Assembly (NCBI GenBank): GCA_964019335.1
Contig: OZ025654.1
Coordinates: 124,001 to 188,000 of the forward strand
Reading direction: 5' to 3'
DNA from: Diplonema japonicum
Taxonomy: Eukaryota > Protista > Euglenozoa: Diplonemea
Length of the DNA stretch: 64,000 nucleotides
In this document: piece after piece, positions 30,972 through 42,855 of the stretch
How positions within the stretch are numbered: position 1 is the first letter of the stretch
Layout of the letters: each line of letters opens with the position of its first letter
The notes under the pieces: generated by a model
The model's database searches: none
Seen by the model: the letters and a program-made list of their open reading frames with translations, nothing else
What the model was told of the DNA's origin: nothing
Program-made: the position numbers and the translations under genes

Positions 30972-31583
30972 TTCTTTTTATCTTTAAAAAAGGAAAACTG
31001 TTGTTTTCTTATTGTTTTTAAAAAAAGAAATACAAAGAGTTTGTTACGCTGGGGTATCTTGCTCACCAATCCTCCCACACGCACCCTGTTGCCAGTCGCC
31101 GGGTAGCATACTGCAGGGACTTCCACTCATCCGTTGCCGGTGGGTACCACGAGGAGTCAGCAAGAATTCTATACTTTTGGCCACGCAGGGCCTCTTCTAC
31201 ATTTAGTATAGTCCCACCCGAAAAGGAAAAGAATCGGCGCAATATTAATATAAGGGAGAGGAAGGGAAGGAAAAGATAGCAAGCATCAACAGGTTGAAAA
31301 AAAAAGGGGGGGGGGAAGAAATATGGTTTATCTCTCTTCTTACTTTGTATTTTCTTTTAGCTACATTTATCTTTTTTTCTTTTGTGAGCTACCTTATCAG
31401 TTCTGCATTTGGCGAAAAGCACTGGAGAGCAGAGTAAAAAATAGAACTAAAGAAAGAAGAAGACGAGAAAAAAAAGGTAGCAAGAAAGAAGATGCACACT
31501 ACTTAAAATACAAAATACAAGAGAGAAAACCAGGATTGCTGAGAAAGTGTATAAAGGTGGTTCCCTTTTCTTTTAGTTTATCC

Positions 31584-32007
31584 TAGTGTACAGGGTTAAC
31601 CGATCACCTTCGGGTCGAAACCCGATCCGAGCAATTTTGTGCTATGACCATGGGACTCGGCAACAAGGCAGGCAAGGGCCTCCCATCTTTAATGATCGAT
31701 CGAAATCAAAAACTCATATTTCGGGCAAAAAAGATGTCTTTGAAGGGAACCTGCAGTATGTGACAGGATCGCCTAAAAGAATGCTCAAATTTCTTTTTTT
31801 CCAAAATCCCTATTTTGACGATCTGAGCCCGTTCCAACCTCAGCTCAACTCGGTCAGGGTCCAAGACAACAGGACAAAATGTCCGACGCTCGTTCCTCTT
31901 CCTGGGGTCGGCTTTGTGCTGGTTGCATGCTCGCCTTTCATTTGACGTCAATTTAAAACCCAACTGTCATTAAAAACCCGCGGGTGATCCGTTAACCCTG
32001 GACACTA
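31584..32007. mobile_element. MITE, 424 bp, ~25-bp terminal inverted repeats
   Basis: TAGTGTACAGGGTTAACCGATCACC ... GGTGATCCGTTAACCCTGGACACTA (2 mismatches). Superfamily unclear: hAT-like TAG end or TA TSD. Confidence 0.8.
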
Positions 32008-32789
32008 TGCTTTATACAAAATAAAAAGTGATGCTTTACCATCCATGTTTATGTGATAAACAGCTAGGTAGGAGAATAATAAGAAGAAGAAGAATAAGAA
32101 ATCTTTTTGAAAGCGTGTTACGTTATTGTTATTTCTCTTTTTTTTTTCTTTTTTTTTTTTTTTTCCCTTCTCGAAATTGCATTTTGAATCAGACAAATAA
32201 AGATATGAAAATTGGCTGTTTCTAGCTATTCGCTCGAGAAAAAAAAAAAAACCCCCCCTTTTTTTTCTCAGGTAAATAAAGAGGCAAAAAAAAAAAAAAA
32301 AAAAAAAAAAAAATAGCGGAGTTAACTATAATATTATTTTGACATATCTGCTACAATATTCGGGGCAAGGAAGCTGGACGACAGCCACCATTTTTTGGCC
32401 TTTGATCTGGGTTTTCTTTTTTTTTTTTTTTTCTTTTTTTTTTTTTTGTTGTGAGAATTAGATGATGTAAGGAGCAGCTTTGGTGAAAATCGGTTTAAAA
32501 TGGTCCAATTAGAAAACTTAAAAGTATCGCTATTTTTCTTTGCCTCAAATCTTTGGGGGAAAAAAAAGGGGGGGAGGGGGGCGCCTAAACTTATTTTTGT
32601 CCACTCAGCAACTCCTTTCGCAATGGGGCTTAAGAATGAGTAAGGTCATTCAAAACAAAGTGAAAAGGGTTTAGTTTAAGTAGGAAAAATTCTGCTAAGC
32701 CTCCGGCACAAATAGTATAAGGGAGGAAGACCACTCCCTTCTCTTTCTTTTTTTTTTTTTTTTTTTCCCCTTTTTTTTTTTCGCGCCCG

Positions 32790-32823
<34 letters not shown>

Positions 32824-34310
32824 CAGCCCAGCGTGGTTTTATTTACAACACTCTTAATTCTTAACTGAAATAGGATTCACAGAGAAGAGGGAAAGCAGGC
32901 CATCACTGCATCCTGAAATAATGAGATTTAGGATGAAGCTGCACAAACAAAAACCAGCAGAAGAGTGAAATAGAAACGAAAACAAAAAACAAGGGGGGGT
33001 ATGCAAACTGTGTTGCCAATGAAAAATATGATAGCTTCACCTTTGAACAACACAAATTTGTGGTCACACACGGGCTTGAAAAAAAAAAATGAAAAAAAAA
33101 GAAAAAAAGAATTCAGCATGTCCACTATGAGTAGGGGGGACCCGGCGGGCTTCAGAGCGGGTTGCCCCATCTCAATGCACCACACCATCCACCTGTAGCG
33201 TAACTACACTGCGCAGAAAAAAAGAGGGGGGAGGGGGGAGGGCGATCACATTCGGAGTGATGCTTGTTCTTACAATTATAACCATTCTTCTTCAACATAA
33301 ACACAAACGGGAAAAAGAAAAAAAAAAAAGAAAAAGAAAGTAATAATACCTTCAATGCCCCAGCCTGCCACAAACCTTGTTCGTGTGTGGCCAAGAGGCG
33401 AGAGAAGGAGGAAAAGAAAAAGAAAATTTAGATTAGAAAATAATAAAAAGAGTGTGTCTTCCTGCTATCACCCTGGCGGGCTGATTGCCACGGAAAAGGA
33501 GGAGAAACGGGAAGGGTAAAGGAAAGTGAAGGAGGGAAAAAAAGGGGGGGAGGATAGGACCTCAACAGACTATGCCGATTTGAAATGAAATTCGAAGACA
33601 AAAAAAAGATTAAAAAAGAGCTTATTCTTTCAGTTTCTCCACTTATATCTGCCTCTTTCGTAAACTTGTACTGCTCTTCATGATCTTTTTTAAATTGCCA
33701 AGGACAGCACTCGAGAGAAAAAAAAAGGGGGCTGACGTTTTTTGAGTTTCTTAGAACAGAGTGTGAGAAGCACCGCAGCTCTGCCTTTTTTCCCCCTCAA
33801 TATCCCTGACAGGACACACAAAGAGACAAGTTGACAAACATATCTCATAAGGCATTCTTTTGTTTTGTAAAAGTTCTTTATTACTGTAAAATAAAGAAAG
33901 TGCCAAACTGACATGTCCCCGAAGGGCACTGGAAAAAGATTTTTGGAGTGAAAGATTTCAACCACCCAAAAACAAAGACTGAGCTCGGTTTTTGAGTGCT
34001 TGAATGAGAGCTCATGACTGGCTGTTTGCTTTTTTAGAGGTACCCCCCTTTTTTTTGTTTCCTTTTCCAAAAAAAAAAAAAGAATCGAACGAGAGGAAGA
34101 AAGGGAGGAAGGAAAAAGAAATAGTGAGGACGAAGTGCAACGACCAAAAAGAAAAAAGAAGAGAAAAAACTTCTTCTTATGGGATAAAAGAGACCAACCC
34201 CCCACCTGTTTCACCGGCCGCAACAAAGGCAGCTTTGTCATTTGATCATGTCTTGCATTTGGCTTCGGCCTTCAGCAGACGGGGCCTTGTCGGAACCTCT
34301 TCTATTTGTC

Positions 34311-37300
34311 TCACAAACCGTAAGGGTCATTGTTAGCGGGCTCAGTGTTCACGAGAGCAGCTGAGGTGCGCCTGCTTGTGACGTACTTTGCGATGAATAC
34401 CAAGGAGACGATGATGGCAAGGGAGGAGAGGACCACCGCCACGATGATGCCGGGGGTCATTTCGAAGTCGTCATCGCTGTCGGGGGAAGGAGTGGGTGCC
34501 ACAAAGCACTTGTTCACCGCCCCCACCCTGCTCAGCGTGTACCCAGCACCGCACGTCATTGCATGGCACACCCCGTTCAGCATCGTCGTCGCCGTTGCCC
34601 CTGCCATCGCACAGCCAAGCAGGCCAGTCCCCGTCGCCGCCCCTGTCACCGTCATCGACCCCAACGTCTGCTTCAAACCATTGTCGGCCAGTACATTCGC
34701 CGCCACCTGATTCATTGCACTGCCAAGCTGCGCCAACTTCCTGTTCGACACGGTGGCCAGCACACCATAGAGCACACTCCCGCACTGGTACACAACATTC
34801 GCGCTCGTCACGCTCAACGCCGTCCGCAAGATGCCCTCAAAGATGGCCACCTGTGTCGCGTTCCCGGTGAACGCTGTGCAGTCCCCGTCCCTGAACAGTG
34901 CGTCCACGCGTACTGTCGTGTTGCTCTCGAAGTAGGTCACGCTTGTCCCGTCCGCCACACATGTGTACGCCACGAGGCCGTTCAAAGAAGGGTTCCCGTA
35001 CCCTGCCCCGCAGGTGCACCTCCCAGATCCGCATGTGGCAGACTGGTCCCCCAGAAGTGTGCAGTCCGCGTTCACAGTGCACCACAGCATGTCCAACACT
35101 GAGAGTTGAGGGGCAGATGTGGTGGGGGCCATAGTAGGGGTTGTAGTGGGTGCTGCTGTTGGAACGGTGGCAACAGGTGTGGTCATGCCATCTTCTTCAG
35201 GAGAGCTCATGTTGGCATCGTCAGGGGTCTGCAGAGGTGCTACGACATCTTCCTCAGGAGCGGCAACAGGTGTGGTCACATTAGAGTCAAGGGGTGTGGT
35301 GTTAGCTTCTTCAGGTGTTACAACAGGTGTTGTTGCATTGCCATCCTCCATGGGGGAGGTCACATTGGCATCGTCAGGGGTCTGCAAAGGTGCCACAACA
35401 TCCTCCTCAGGAGTGGTAACAGGGACAGTGCTGTCCACAGGTGTGGTTACATTCGAGTCAACAGGAGCATCACCAACAGGTGCCCCAACAGGTGTGGTGG
35501 CGTTGGTTTCCTCAGGTGTGACAACAGGTGTTGTTGCATTGCCATCCTCCACAGGGGAGGTGGCATTTGCGTCGTCAGGGGTCTGCAGGGGAGCAACCAC
35601 GTCCTCCTCAGGAGTGGCAACAGGAACAGTATTGTCCACAGGTGTGGTTACATTCGAGTCAGGAGGAGCATCATCTACAGGTGCCCCAACAGGTGTGGTG
35701 GCGTTGGTTTCCTCAGGTGTGACAACAGGTGTTGTTGCATTGCCATCCTCCATGGGGGAGGTCACATTGGCATCGTCAGGGGTCTGCAGAGGTGCCACAA
35801 CATCCTCCTCAGGAGTGGTAACAGGGACAGTGCTGTCTACAGGTGTGGTTACATTCGAGTCAACAGGAGCATCATCCACAGGTGCCCCAACAGGTGTGGT
35901 GGCGTTGGTTTCCTCAGGTGTGACAACAGGTGTTGTTGCATTGCCATCCTCCACAGGAGAGGTCACATTTGCGTCGTCAGGGGTCTGTAGGGGAGCAACC
36001 ACGTCCTCCTCAGGAGTGGCAACAGGAACAGTATTGTCCACAGGTGTGGTTACATTCGAGTCAAGAGGAGCATCATCCACAGGTGCCCCAACAGGTGTGG
36101 TGGCGTTGGTTTCCTCAGGTGTTACAACAGGTGTTGTTGCATTGCCATCCTCCATGGGGGAGGTCACATTGGCATCGTCAGGGGTCTGCAGAGGTGCCAC
36201 AACATCCTCCTCAGGAGTGGTAACAGGGACAGTGCTGTCTACAGGTGTGGTTACATTCGAGTCAAGAGGAGCATCATCCACAGGTGCCCCAACAGGTGTG
36301 GTGGCGTTGGTTTCCTCAGGTGTGACAACAGGTGTTGTTGCATTGCCATCCTCCACAGGGGAAGTCACATTGGCATCGTCAGGGGTCTGCAGAGGTGCCA
36401 CAACATCCTCCTCAGGAGTGGTAACAGGGACAGTGCTGTCCACAGGTGTGGTTACATTCGAGTCAAGAGGAGCATCATCGACAGGTGCCCCAACAGGTGT
36501 GGTGGCGTTGGTTTCCTCAGGTGTGACAACAGGTGTTGTTGCATTGCCATCCTCCATGGGGGAGGTCACATTGGCATCGTCAGGGGTCTGCAGGGGAGCA
36601 ATCACGTCCTCCTCGGGAACTGCCTCTGGGGTGGTGACGTTGGCGTCCGGGAGGGGGGTCCCGCAGGACCACCGGAGGGTGAAGCCAGAGCCATTGACGG
36701 CGTAGTCGCTGGTGAAGACGACAGTGAGGGGACCCTGGAGGGGACCGAAGGGGGAGCCCTGGACGACCCTGTGTGTCCCGTGCGCGTGGTTGATGTCGAT
36801 GAAGTCACAGCACGCCTCGACGTCGTTGGCGGTCAGCTGGAAGTACACCACCTCCGTGCAGTTCACCTCCCAAGACACCTGCGTGCTGTCCGGATACTCC
36901 CCTCCCGACTCGGGGTACACGATCTCCCCGCCCGTCGCCTCCCCTTGGTCCTCCACCGACACGGGAGGCTCCCCGTCCGCCCCGTCCGTGCACAACCAAT
37001 GCACATCGAACCCTGCCCCCCGCGCCCCTCCCCCGGTCGTGTTCGTCGCGTACACCAGCTTCACAGGGCCCGTCACGTTCGCCACCTCCCCCGTCGCCAC
37101 CCCGTCCGCGTGCTGCACCTCCAGCGTGTCGCAGCACCCCGCAAGGTCGTACAGCGTCCACTTCAACCGCACCGTCCCCGTGCAGTCGATGTCCCACTCC
37201 GACTGCGCCTCAGCCGACAGCGTCTCGTTCCCTGGGAAGGTAATCTGACCCTCCGTTCCAAGGGGCACAGCCCCCAAGGTGCACAGCAGCCCTGCAGCCA

Positions 37301-37313
37301 CGAAGGTCAGCAT
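34311..37313 (-). CDS. CUB-mucin-EGF-SEA-like-TM paralog 2 (medium stalk)
   Basis: Head nearly identical to paralogs 1 and 3; stalk built of 67-aa units. Confidence 0.9.
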   Translation of the reverse strand: MLTFVAAGLLCTLGAVPLGTEGQITFPGNETLSAEAQSEWDIDCTGTVRLKWTLYDLAGCCDTLEVQHADGVATGEVANVTGPVKLVYATNTTGGGARGAGFDVHWLCTDGADGEPPVSVEDQGEATGGEIVYPESGGEYPDSTQVSWEVNCTEVVYFQLTANDVEACCDFIDINHAHGTHRVVQGSPFGPLQGPLTVVFTSDYAVNGSGFTLRWSCGTPLPDANVTTPEAVPEEDVIAPLQTPDDANVTSPMEDGNATTPVVTPEETNATTPVGAPVDDAPLDSNVTTPVDSTVPVTTPEEDVVAPLQTPDDANVTSPVEDGNATTPVVTPEETNATTPVGAPVDDAPLDSNVTTPVDSTVPVTTPEEDVVAPLQTPDDANVTSPMEDGNATTPVVTPEETNATTPVGAPVDDAPLDSNVTTPVDNTVPVATPEEDVVAPLQTPDDANVTSPVEDGNATTPVVTPEETNATTPVGAPVDDAPVDSNVTTPVDSTVPVTTPEEDVVAPLQTPDDANVTSPMEDGNATTPVVTPEETNATTPVGAPVDDAPPDSNVTTPVDNTVPVATPEEDVVAPLQTPDDANATSPVEDGNATTPVVTPEETNATTPVGAPVGDAPVDSNVTTPVDSTVPVTTPEEDVVAPLQTPDDANVTSPMEDGNATTPVVTPEEANTTPLDSNVTTPVAAPEEDVVAPLQTPDDANMSSPEEDGMTTPVATVPTAAPTTTPTMAPTTSAPQLSVLDMLWCTVNADCTLLGDQSATCGSGRCTCGAGYGNPSLNGLVAYTCVADGTSVTYFESNTTVRVDALFRDGDCTAFTGNATQVAIFEGILRTALSVTSANVVYQCGSVLYGVLATVSNRKLAQLGSAMNQVAANVLADNGLKQTLGSMTVTGAATGTGLLGCAMAGATATTMLNGVCHAMTCGAGYTLSRVGAVNKCFVAPTPSPDSDDDFEMTPGIIVAVVLSSLAIIVSLVFIAKYVTSRRTSAALVNTEPANNDPYGL
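35200..36615 (-). repeat. 201-bp (67-aa) coding tandem repeat, about 7 units
   Basis: CCTCCTCAGGAGTGG recurs at 35402, 35603 and onward at 201-bp spacing. Confidence 0.92.
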
Positions 37314-38069
37314 CTGGTATTAATAAAGAACCTTTTTGTAATGTTTTATAATTGAAGTAAAGGGAGAGGAAGCAGAAAGGAGAGAGGGGAGGAAAGCATT
37401 TAAGTAAAATAATATGGTAAAAACCTGTGCAACAGAAAAAGCGAAGGGCAGACGGAACCTGCAGAAAGTAAATATTACTAAGGGCACAAGGAGTACACGT
37501 TTTAACTAATCATTTTATCCACATTGCAAGGAGGTGAGGGAGAAAGGAAATAGAGGGGAAATAAAGAGGAAGGGGGGGGGGGGGGGGTGGGGGGGATGAC
37601 TTTTGTTGCCTCCTGAACCGCCTACAAGAAGCCGTTAAAAAACATTAAAAATACCTGATACCTCATCCTTCTTCTTTGGTTTGTTGTCTCTACTCCCGCA
37701 TGGCCTGGGGGCACAAAGCAGGGTTTATCTTTCTGTTTAACAAATGCTCGTGGGCAATATGTTAAAACTGTCTAAATGCGACGCAGATGGGCCTTGCTAG
37801 CTTATTCCTGAGCTTGAAAGGATATATATATGCACCTACTAAACGCATTTTCCTTTTTTTGTTTTTTTCCAAAGAGAAGGAAGAAGGTGGGGAAAGGTAG
37901 AGGAAAATATAAAAAAGGAAGTACAAATAATTGGGGTGGGGGGAAAGCTGCAACTTCTCCTTTTCTTTTTTTTTTGTTTTTCCCTTTTTGTGCATCTACA
38001 TTCATGAAAGAAAACATAACTTCAAAACGCAAAAAAAAAAATACGGCCTTCGATTAAAAAAGAGGATTG

Positions 38070-38242
38070 TTTGCACTACTGGGGTGCACGGATAGCCTCA
38101 GGGTACTCCAAGTCCGCATATAGGACCAGATCCCTAGTCCAGCCCCGTCATATTTTGTTTGTACGTGCCGGGCAAAACCTGGATAGGTTTGTAAACCCGA
38201 AACAAGTCCCCTTGTTAGACAAGTCAACAACTCGTTTCCTGC
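38070..38242 (-). mobile_element. 5' fragment of a second YR element copy (terminal repeat plus first ~25 gag codons)
   Basis: GGGTACTCCAAGTCCGC..GACCAGATC..CCGTCA..TTGTTTGTACGTGCCGGG is collinear with 23864-23933. Confidence 0.8.
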
Positions 38243-38409
38243 AAAAAAAAAAAAAAAAAAAAAAAAGAAGAAGAAGAAAAAAAAAAGAAGAAGGGCAAGA
38301 TATTATTTTTTTCCCCCTCTTTTTCTTGTAAGCAATCAGTAAACAGAATTCACCAAAAAGTGCAAGGAAAAAGATTTCAGCAATGACGGAGGGGGGGGTA
38401 GGGGGGGGG

Positions 38410-38776
38410 GGGGGGGTCATATGTGGTCGATAAAGTGACTTTTTTCAGTGCCAAAGAACGTGTCTAAAGGCCTATAAAAGGTAGAAAACAGGATTCTGGG
38501 GTGGTGCACACGACTTTTTGGCACTTGTTGAAACTTGGTAGCTTCTTAAAAAGTTAAAATTTTCTCGAAATTGTGCATAGGGAAACCACATACGAACAAT
38601 TTTTTAAGATTTGCTTTCTGGCCACAATAAAGCGTCAAAAAAAAAAAAAGGTGGCCAAACCTATTTCTTTGGGCCTGTGCACCTGATTGTCTCATCGAAA
38701 CACAGAAAGCAATCTTTTTTGTCAAAACTAAAAAAAAGTGACTTTATCGACCATTCAAGGCTAATATGACCCCCCC
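38410..38776. mobile_element. MITE-like element with GGGGGGTCATAT termini
   Basis: Left GGGGGGTCATAT..TGGTCGATAAAGTGACTTTTTT is the inverse of right AAAAAAAGTGACTTTATCGACCA..ATATGACCCCCC. Confidence 0.7.
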
Positions 38777-39594
38777 ATAAGGCTATGTTGGCAAGGCAAC
38801 GTTTCCAAGCTTTTTTTTTGATAATAAGGAAACGGAAACGGAAACGTTTCTTTATTTTGGGGTCGTTTCCTTAAGTATCTGAAAAATAAGATACCGTTTC
38901 TTGCCAAGATAGCCCAGGGGGGGGGTTCTTTTTTTCTTCTTTAGTGCAGCGCATTGATCGCTGCTCGGATACCGGAGGCAAAACACACAAAAAAATAAAG
39001 AAGGTTTTCTTTTTTTTGTTTTCCTTTTTATTCGTCAGTAGGAAAAAAAAGAATTGCTCGCACGAGCGGGGGGGAGGGAGAAGATTCATCATAATAAAAA
39101 AAAAGGGTAACTTCATTCTTTCGATAGTGATTCTCTTCTTCTTTTTTCCTTCTTCTTTTTTTTTCCATTTTTTCTTTGTCAGAACCCTTTCTTCAGGAAA
39201 CTGGTAGGGGCTGTAAAAAAGAAAAAACTTCAATAAAAAGATTTTTGAAGAAAGAAAATAAAAAAAAAAAGAGCACGAAAGATTGCTTGAAGCATTGCTA
39301 TAAAGGCTCGGTATTTTTTGTTCCCCCGCTTTTTTTGCTTTTTTTTTTTTCGGAATCAATAAGAAAGGTTTTTAAAGAGGGGAAGAAGGGGAGAAGAAAA
39401 GAAATAATGGAGGGAGGGACAGGGGGGCCCCCTCGAGGGCCCATTGATAATTTTAATACTTTCGTAGTTTGCATTGTATGGTGAAGACCCCCCCCACCTA
39501 GGTACCTGTGCCTTGCGCTAAACAAGCCAGCGCACCAGCTACGGTCTTCAGCAGATGGGGTCCCGCCTGAAGCTGCAAGTTTACACCGTCAACC

Positions 39595-41205
39595 TTACAC
39601 CACAGGCTCTTCGCTGTTGGGCAAAGTGTTCACGGGAGCAGGGCTCGCGGCAGCTTTCTTACTTGTGACGTACTTTGCGATGAATACCAAGGAGACGATG
39701 ATGGCAAGGGAGGAGAGGACCACCGCCACGATGATGCCGGGGGTCATTTCGAAGTCGTCATCGCTGTCGGGGGAAGGAGTGGGTGCCACAAAGCACTTGT
39801 TCACCGCCCCCACCCTGCTCAGCGTGTACCCAGCACCGCACGTCATTGCATGGCACACCCCGTTCAGCATCGTCGTCGCCGTTGCCCCTGCCATCGCACA
39901 GCCAAGCAGGCCAGTCCCCGTCGCCGCCCCTGTCACCGTCATCGACCCCAACGTCTGCTTCAAACCATTGTCGGCCAGTACATTCGCCGCCACCTGATTC
40001 ATTGCACTGCCAAGCTGCGCCAACTTCCTGTTCGACACGGTGGCCAGCACACCATAGAGCACACTCCCGCACTGGTACACAACATTCGCGCTCGTCACGC
40101 TCAACGCCGTCCGCAAGATGCCCTCAAAGATGGCCACCTGTGTCGCGTTCCCGGTGAACGCTGTGCAGTCCCCGTCCCTGAACAGTGCGTCCACGCGTAC
40201 TGTCGTGTTGCTCTCGAAGTAGGTCACGCTTGTCCCGTCCGCCACACATGTGTACGCCACGAGGCCGTTCAAAGAAGGGTTCCCGTACCCTGCCCCGCAG
40301 GTGCACCTCCCAGATCCGCATGTGGCAGACTGGTCCCCCAGAAGTGTGCAGTCCGCGTTCACAGTGCACCACAAACCGTCCAGAGGTGTCACAGGTGCGC
40401 CGTCGTCTTCAGGTGTGACAACAGGTGTTGTTGCATTGCCATCCTCCATGGGGGAGGTCACATTGGCATCGTCAGGGGTCTGCAGGGGAGCAATCACGTC
40501 CTCCTCGGGAACTGCCTCTGGGGTGGTGACGTTGGCGTCCAGGAGGGGGGTCCCGCAGGACCACCGGAGGGTGAAGCCAGAGCCGTTGACGGCGTAGTCG
40601 CTGGTGAAGACGACAGTGAGGGGACCCTGGAGGGGACCGAAGGGGGAGCCCTGGACGACCCTGTGTGTCCCGTGCGCGTGGTTGATGTCGATGAAGTCAC
40701 AGCACGCCTCGACGTCGTTGGCGGTCAGCTGGAAGTACACCACCTCCGTGCAGTTCACCTCCCAAGACACCTGCGTGCTGTCCGGATACTCCCCTCCCGA
40801 CTCGGGGTACACGATCTCCCCGCCCGTCGCCTCCCCTTGGTCCTCCACCGACACGGGAGGCTCCCCGTCCGCCCCGTCCGTGCACAACCAATGCACATCG
40901 AACCCTGCCCCCCGCGCCCCTCCCCCGGTCGTGTTCGTCGCGTACACCAGCTTCACAGGGCCCGTCACGTTCGCCACCTCCCCCGTCGCCACCCCGTCCG
41001 CGTGCTGCACCTCCAGCGTGTCGCAGCACCCCGCAAGGTCGTACAGCGTCCACTTCAACCGCACCGTCCCCGTGCAGTCGATGTCCCACTCCGACTGCGC
41101 CTCAGCCGACAGCGTCTCGTTCCCTGGGAAGGTAATCTGACCCTCCGTTCCAAGGGGCACAGCCCCCAAGGTGCACAGCAGCCCTGCAGCCACGAAGGTC
41201 AGCAT
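39595..41205 (-). CDS. CUB-mucin-EGF-SEA-like-TM paralog 3 (very short stalk)
   Basis: 536 aa; head and membrane-proximal part almost identical to paralog 2. Confidence 0.9.
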   Translation of the reverse strand: MLTFVAAGLLCTLGAVPLGTEGQITFPGNETLSAEAQSEWDIDCTGTVRLKWTLYDLAGCCDTLEVQHADGVATGEVANVTGPVKLVYATNTTGGGARGAGFDVHWLCTDGADGEPPVSVEDQGEATGGEIVYPESGGEYPDSTQVSWEVNCTEVVYFQLTANDVEACCDFIDINHAHGTHRVVQGSPFGPLQGPLTVVFTSDYAVNGSGFTLRWSCGTPLLDANVTTPEAVPEEDVIAPLQTPDDANVTSPMEDGNATTPVVTPEDDGAPVTPLDGLWCTVNADCTLLGDQSATCGSGRCTCGAGYGNPSLNGLVAYTCVADGTSVTYFESNTTVRVDALFRDGDCTAFTGNATQVAIFEGILRTALSVTSANVVYQCGSVLYGVLATVSNRKLAQLGSAMNQVAANVLADNGLKQTLGSMTVTGAATGTGLLGCAMAGATATTMLNGVCHAMTCGAGYTLSRVGAVNKCFVAPTPSPDSDDDFEMTPGIIVAVVLSSLAIIVSLVFIAKYVTSKKAAASPAPVNTLPNSEEPVV

Positions 41206-41269
41206 TTCTTTTTTTTCTTTTTTTTTTTGTACGAAAACTGTCAGTGTTGTGTCTCAAAGAAAAAAAATA

Positions 41270-41852
41270 TATATATGAGTTAAAGGAAGTCTTTGTGAGA
41301 CGCCCCCTTGTTCTCATGCTCTACCTGCACCTATCCCCCTTCAGCAGCGGTTTCTCCTTCTTCGGTGGTCGTGCCGGCCTCCTCCCCAGCTTGGCTACTT
41401 TTTCCCTTCTTTCCTTTGCCCATTGCTTCCCCAGCTCCTCCAGGTCGTACTTGGTCTTCGTTGATGCAAAGATTGCTCTTCTACTCCACCCGATCACCGC
41501 CTTCGTCCCTCCGATTGATCGCAGCGTATGTACTCTCTTGCATGGTTCAGCAGGGAAGGCCCTCCTTCCTTTCACCTTCTTCTGCAGTCTCCCTAGTTCC
41601 CATGTGTTCCACACCTTCTTCATCACCGTGTGCCGTCTCCTGGCCTTCTGTCGCACCTCTGCCAACTCCCCTAGCTTCCCTCCAAGGGATTTCTGGGTCA
41701 CGTTTTCGAAATCCAGCGCCAGCTCCACCGTCGACACTGCCGTGCTTCTGTTCCCTCCATACCAGCGCAGCTGCTTGAGCCATTTCAGCACCGGTTTCGT
41801 GTACTCCTTCAGGGTGTTGCCGGTCTGCAGCCTCGCGAACTCCTCCTCTGTT
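41270..41852 (-). mobile_element. 5'-truncated copy (~580 bp) of a sister subfamily of element B
   Basis: WLKQLRWYGGNRSTAVSTVELALDFE...PLLKGDRCR*; same 3' terminus. Confidence 0.92.
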
Positions 41853-41925
41853 GGTGAAAAAACAAAGGGAGAAGAAACAAAAAGGTCAAAAAAAACAGAA
41901 AAAAAAAAAAAAAAAAAAAAACTGT

Positions 41926-42855
41926 TCAGGCAGCATCATCATCTTCGGTGAGCTCGGTGAGCAGGCCTGGCGGTACACGGCCGAAGGAGGGCGTGCTGGT
42001 GCTGGACTTGGGAAAGTCAGTAACAGTGCCAAGCGCGAGGACGACACGAACCTCGCCGTAGTCAACGGTTAGGATGCAGGGAAGGGAGGACACCTGCCAG
42101 ATGGGTGCCCCTGCACGCTGCTCGCAACTAGTCACGCTGAGACCAAAGGAGCTATGCAAAGTAGGGCAAGAGAGATGGAGCAGGCTGAGCGGGATATTGG
42201 TTACCATAGGTCCGTCCATACGGCCAAGTCCAATAGCAGTGCGTGTACTATCAATCTCAAGAGAGAGGGTACAAGGTAAAGAAGGAACCTTCCAACTGAT
42301 TTGCCAGGGCAAAGGAGAAGCACTACCGAGGAGGGCGCCAAGGTCTGCCTTGTGCCGTGGAAGCGCCTGGACGAATACAGTCGACGAGGGCTTGCTAGAT
42401 ATCGATGAAAGCTTTGCTTGTGGTGTTCCCAGATTGAATTTCCATTCAAGGAAGACATCCCCGAAGCCCCTTCCTGCTTTGTCCAGGGACATGTCCGTGT
42501 CGTAGTGATCCTGTCGTGGGCCGAACCGTAGGGGTTCCGTAGGGTCGTGGATTGGGTATTTTACGAGCGATTTTGTTACTTGGCCGAGAAAGGTTTCTCG
42601 CCTGTGTTTCTCCGTGTCACGCGGTATGTGGAAGGCGGCAACCTTTACTACTGCTGCACTGAAATCGAGCTGTGGTATTTCCTTTTCTTCGTTGTAAACC
42701 GCATTCAGATCCTCTTTAATGGACGTGCGAAATATTTCTGTCTCACCCAGATACAGCCTGATCTGAACCCTACTCACACGGCCGCCTAGAGAGCTGCCAA
42801 GTATACCCGTTACCCGGTGTATTTTGACCCATCCATTCTCGATTCCAATTGGCAT
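41926..42855 (-). CDS. C2-like domain protein
   Basis: ATG at 42855; VKIHRVTGI..RTSIKEDLNAVYNEE..VKVAAF..ETFLGQV..FGDVFLEW fits a C2 beta-sandwich pattern. Confidence 0.6.
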   Translation of the reverse strand: MPIGIENGWVKIHRVTGILGSSLGGRVSRVQIRLYLGETEIFRTSIKEDLNAVYNEEKEIPQLDFSAAVVKVAAFHIPRDTEKHRRETFLGQVTKSLVKYPIHDPTEPLRFGPRQDHYDTDMSLDKAGRGFGDVFLEWKFNLGTPQAKLSSISSKPSSTVFVQALPRHKADLGALLGSASPLPWQISWKVPSLPCTLSLEIDSTRTAIGLGRMDGPMVTNIPLSLLHLSCPTLHSSFGLSVTSCEQRAGAPIWQVSSLPCILTVDYGEVRVVLALGTVTDFPKSSTSTPSFGRVPPGLLTELTEDDDAA

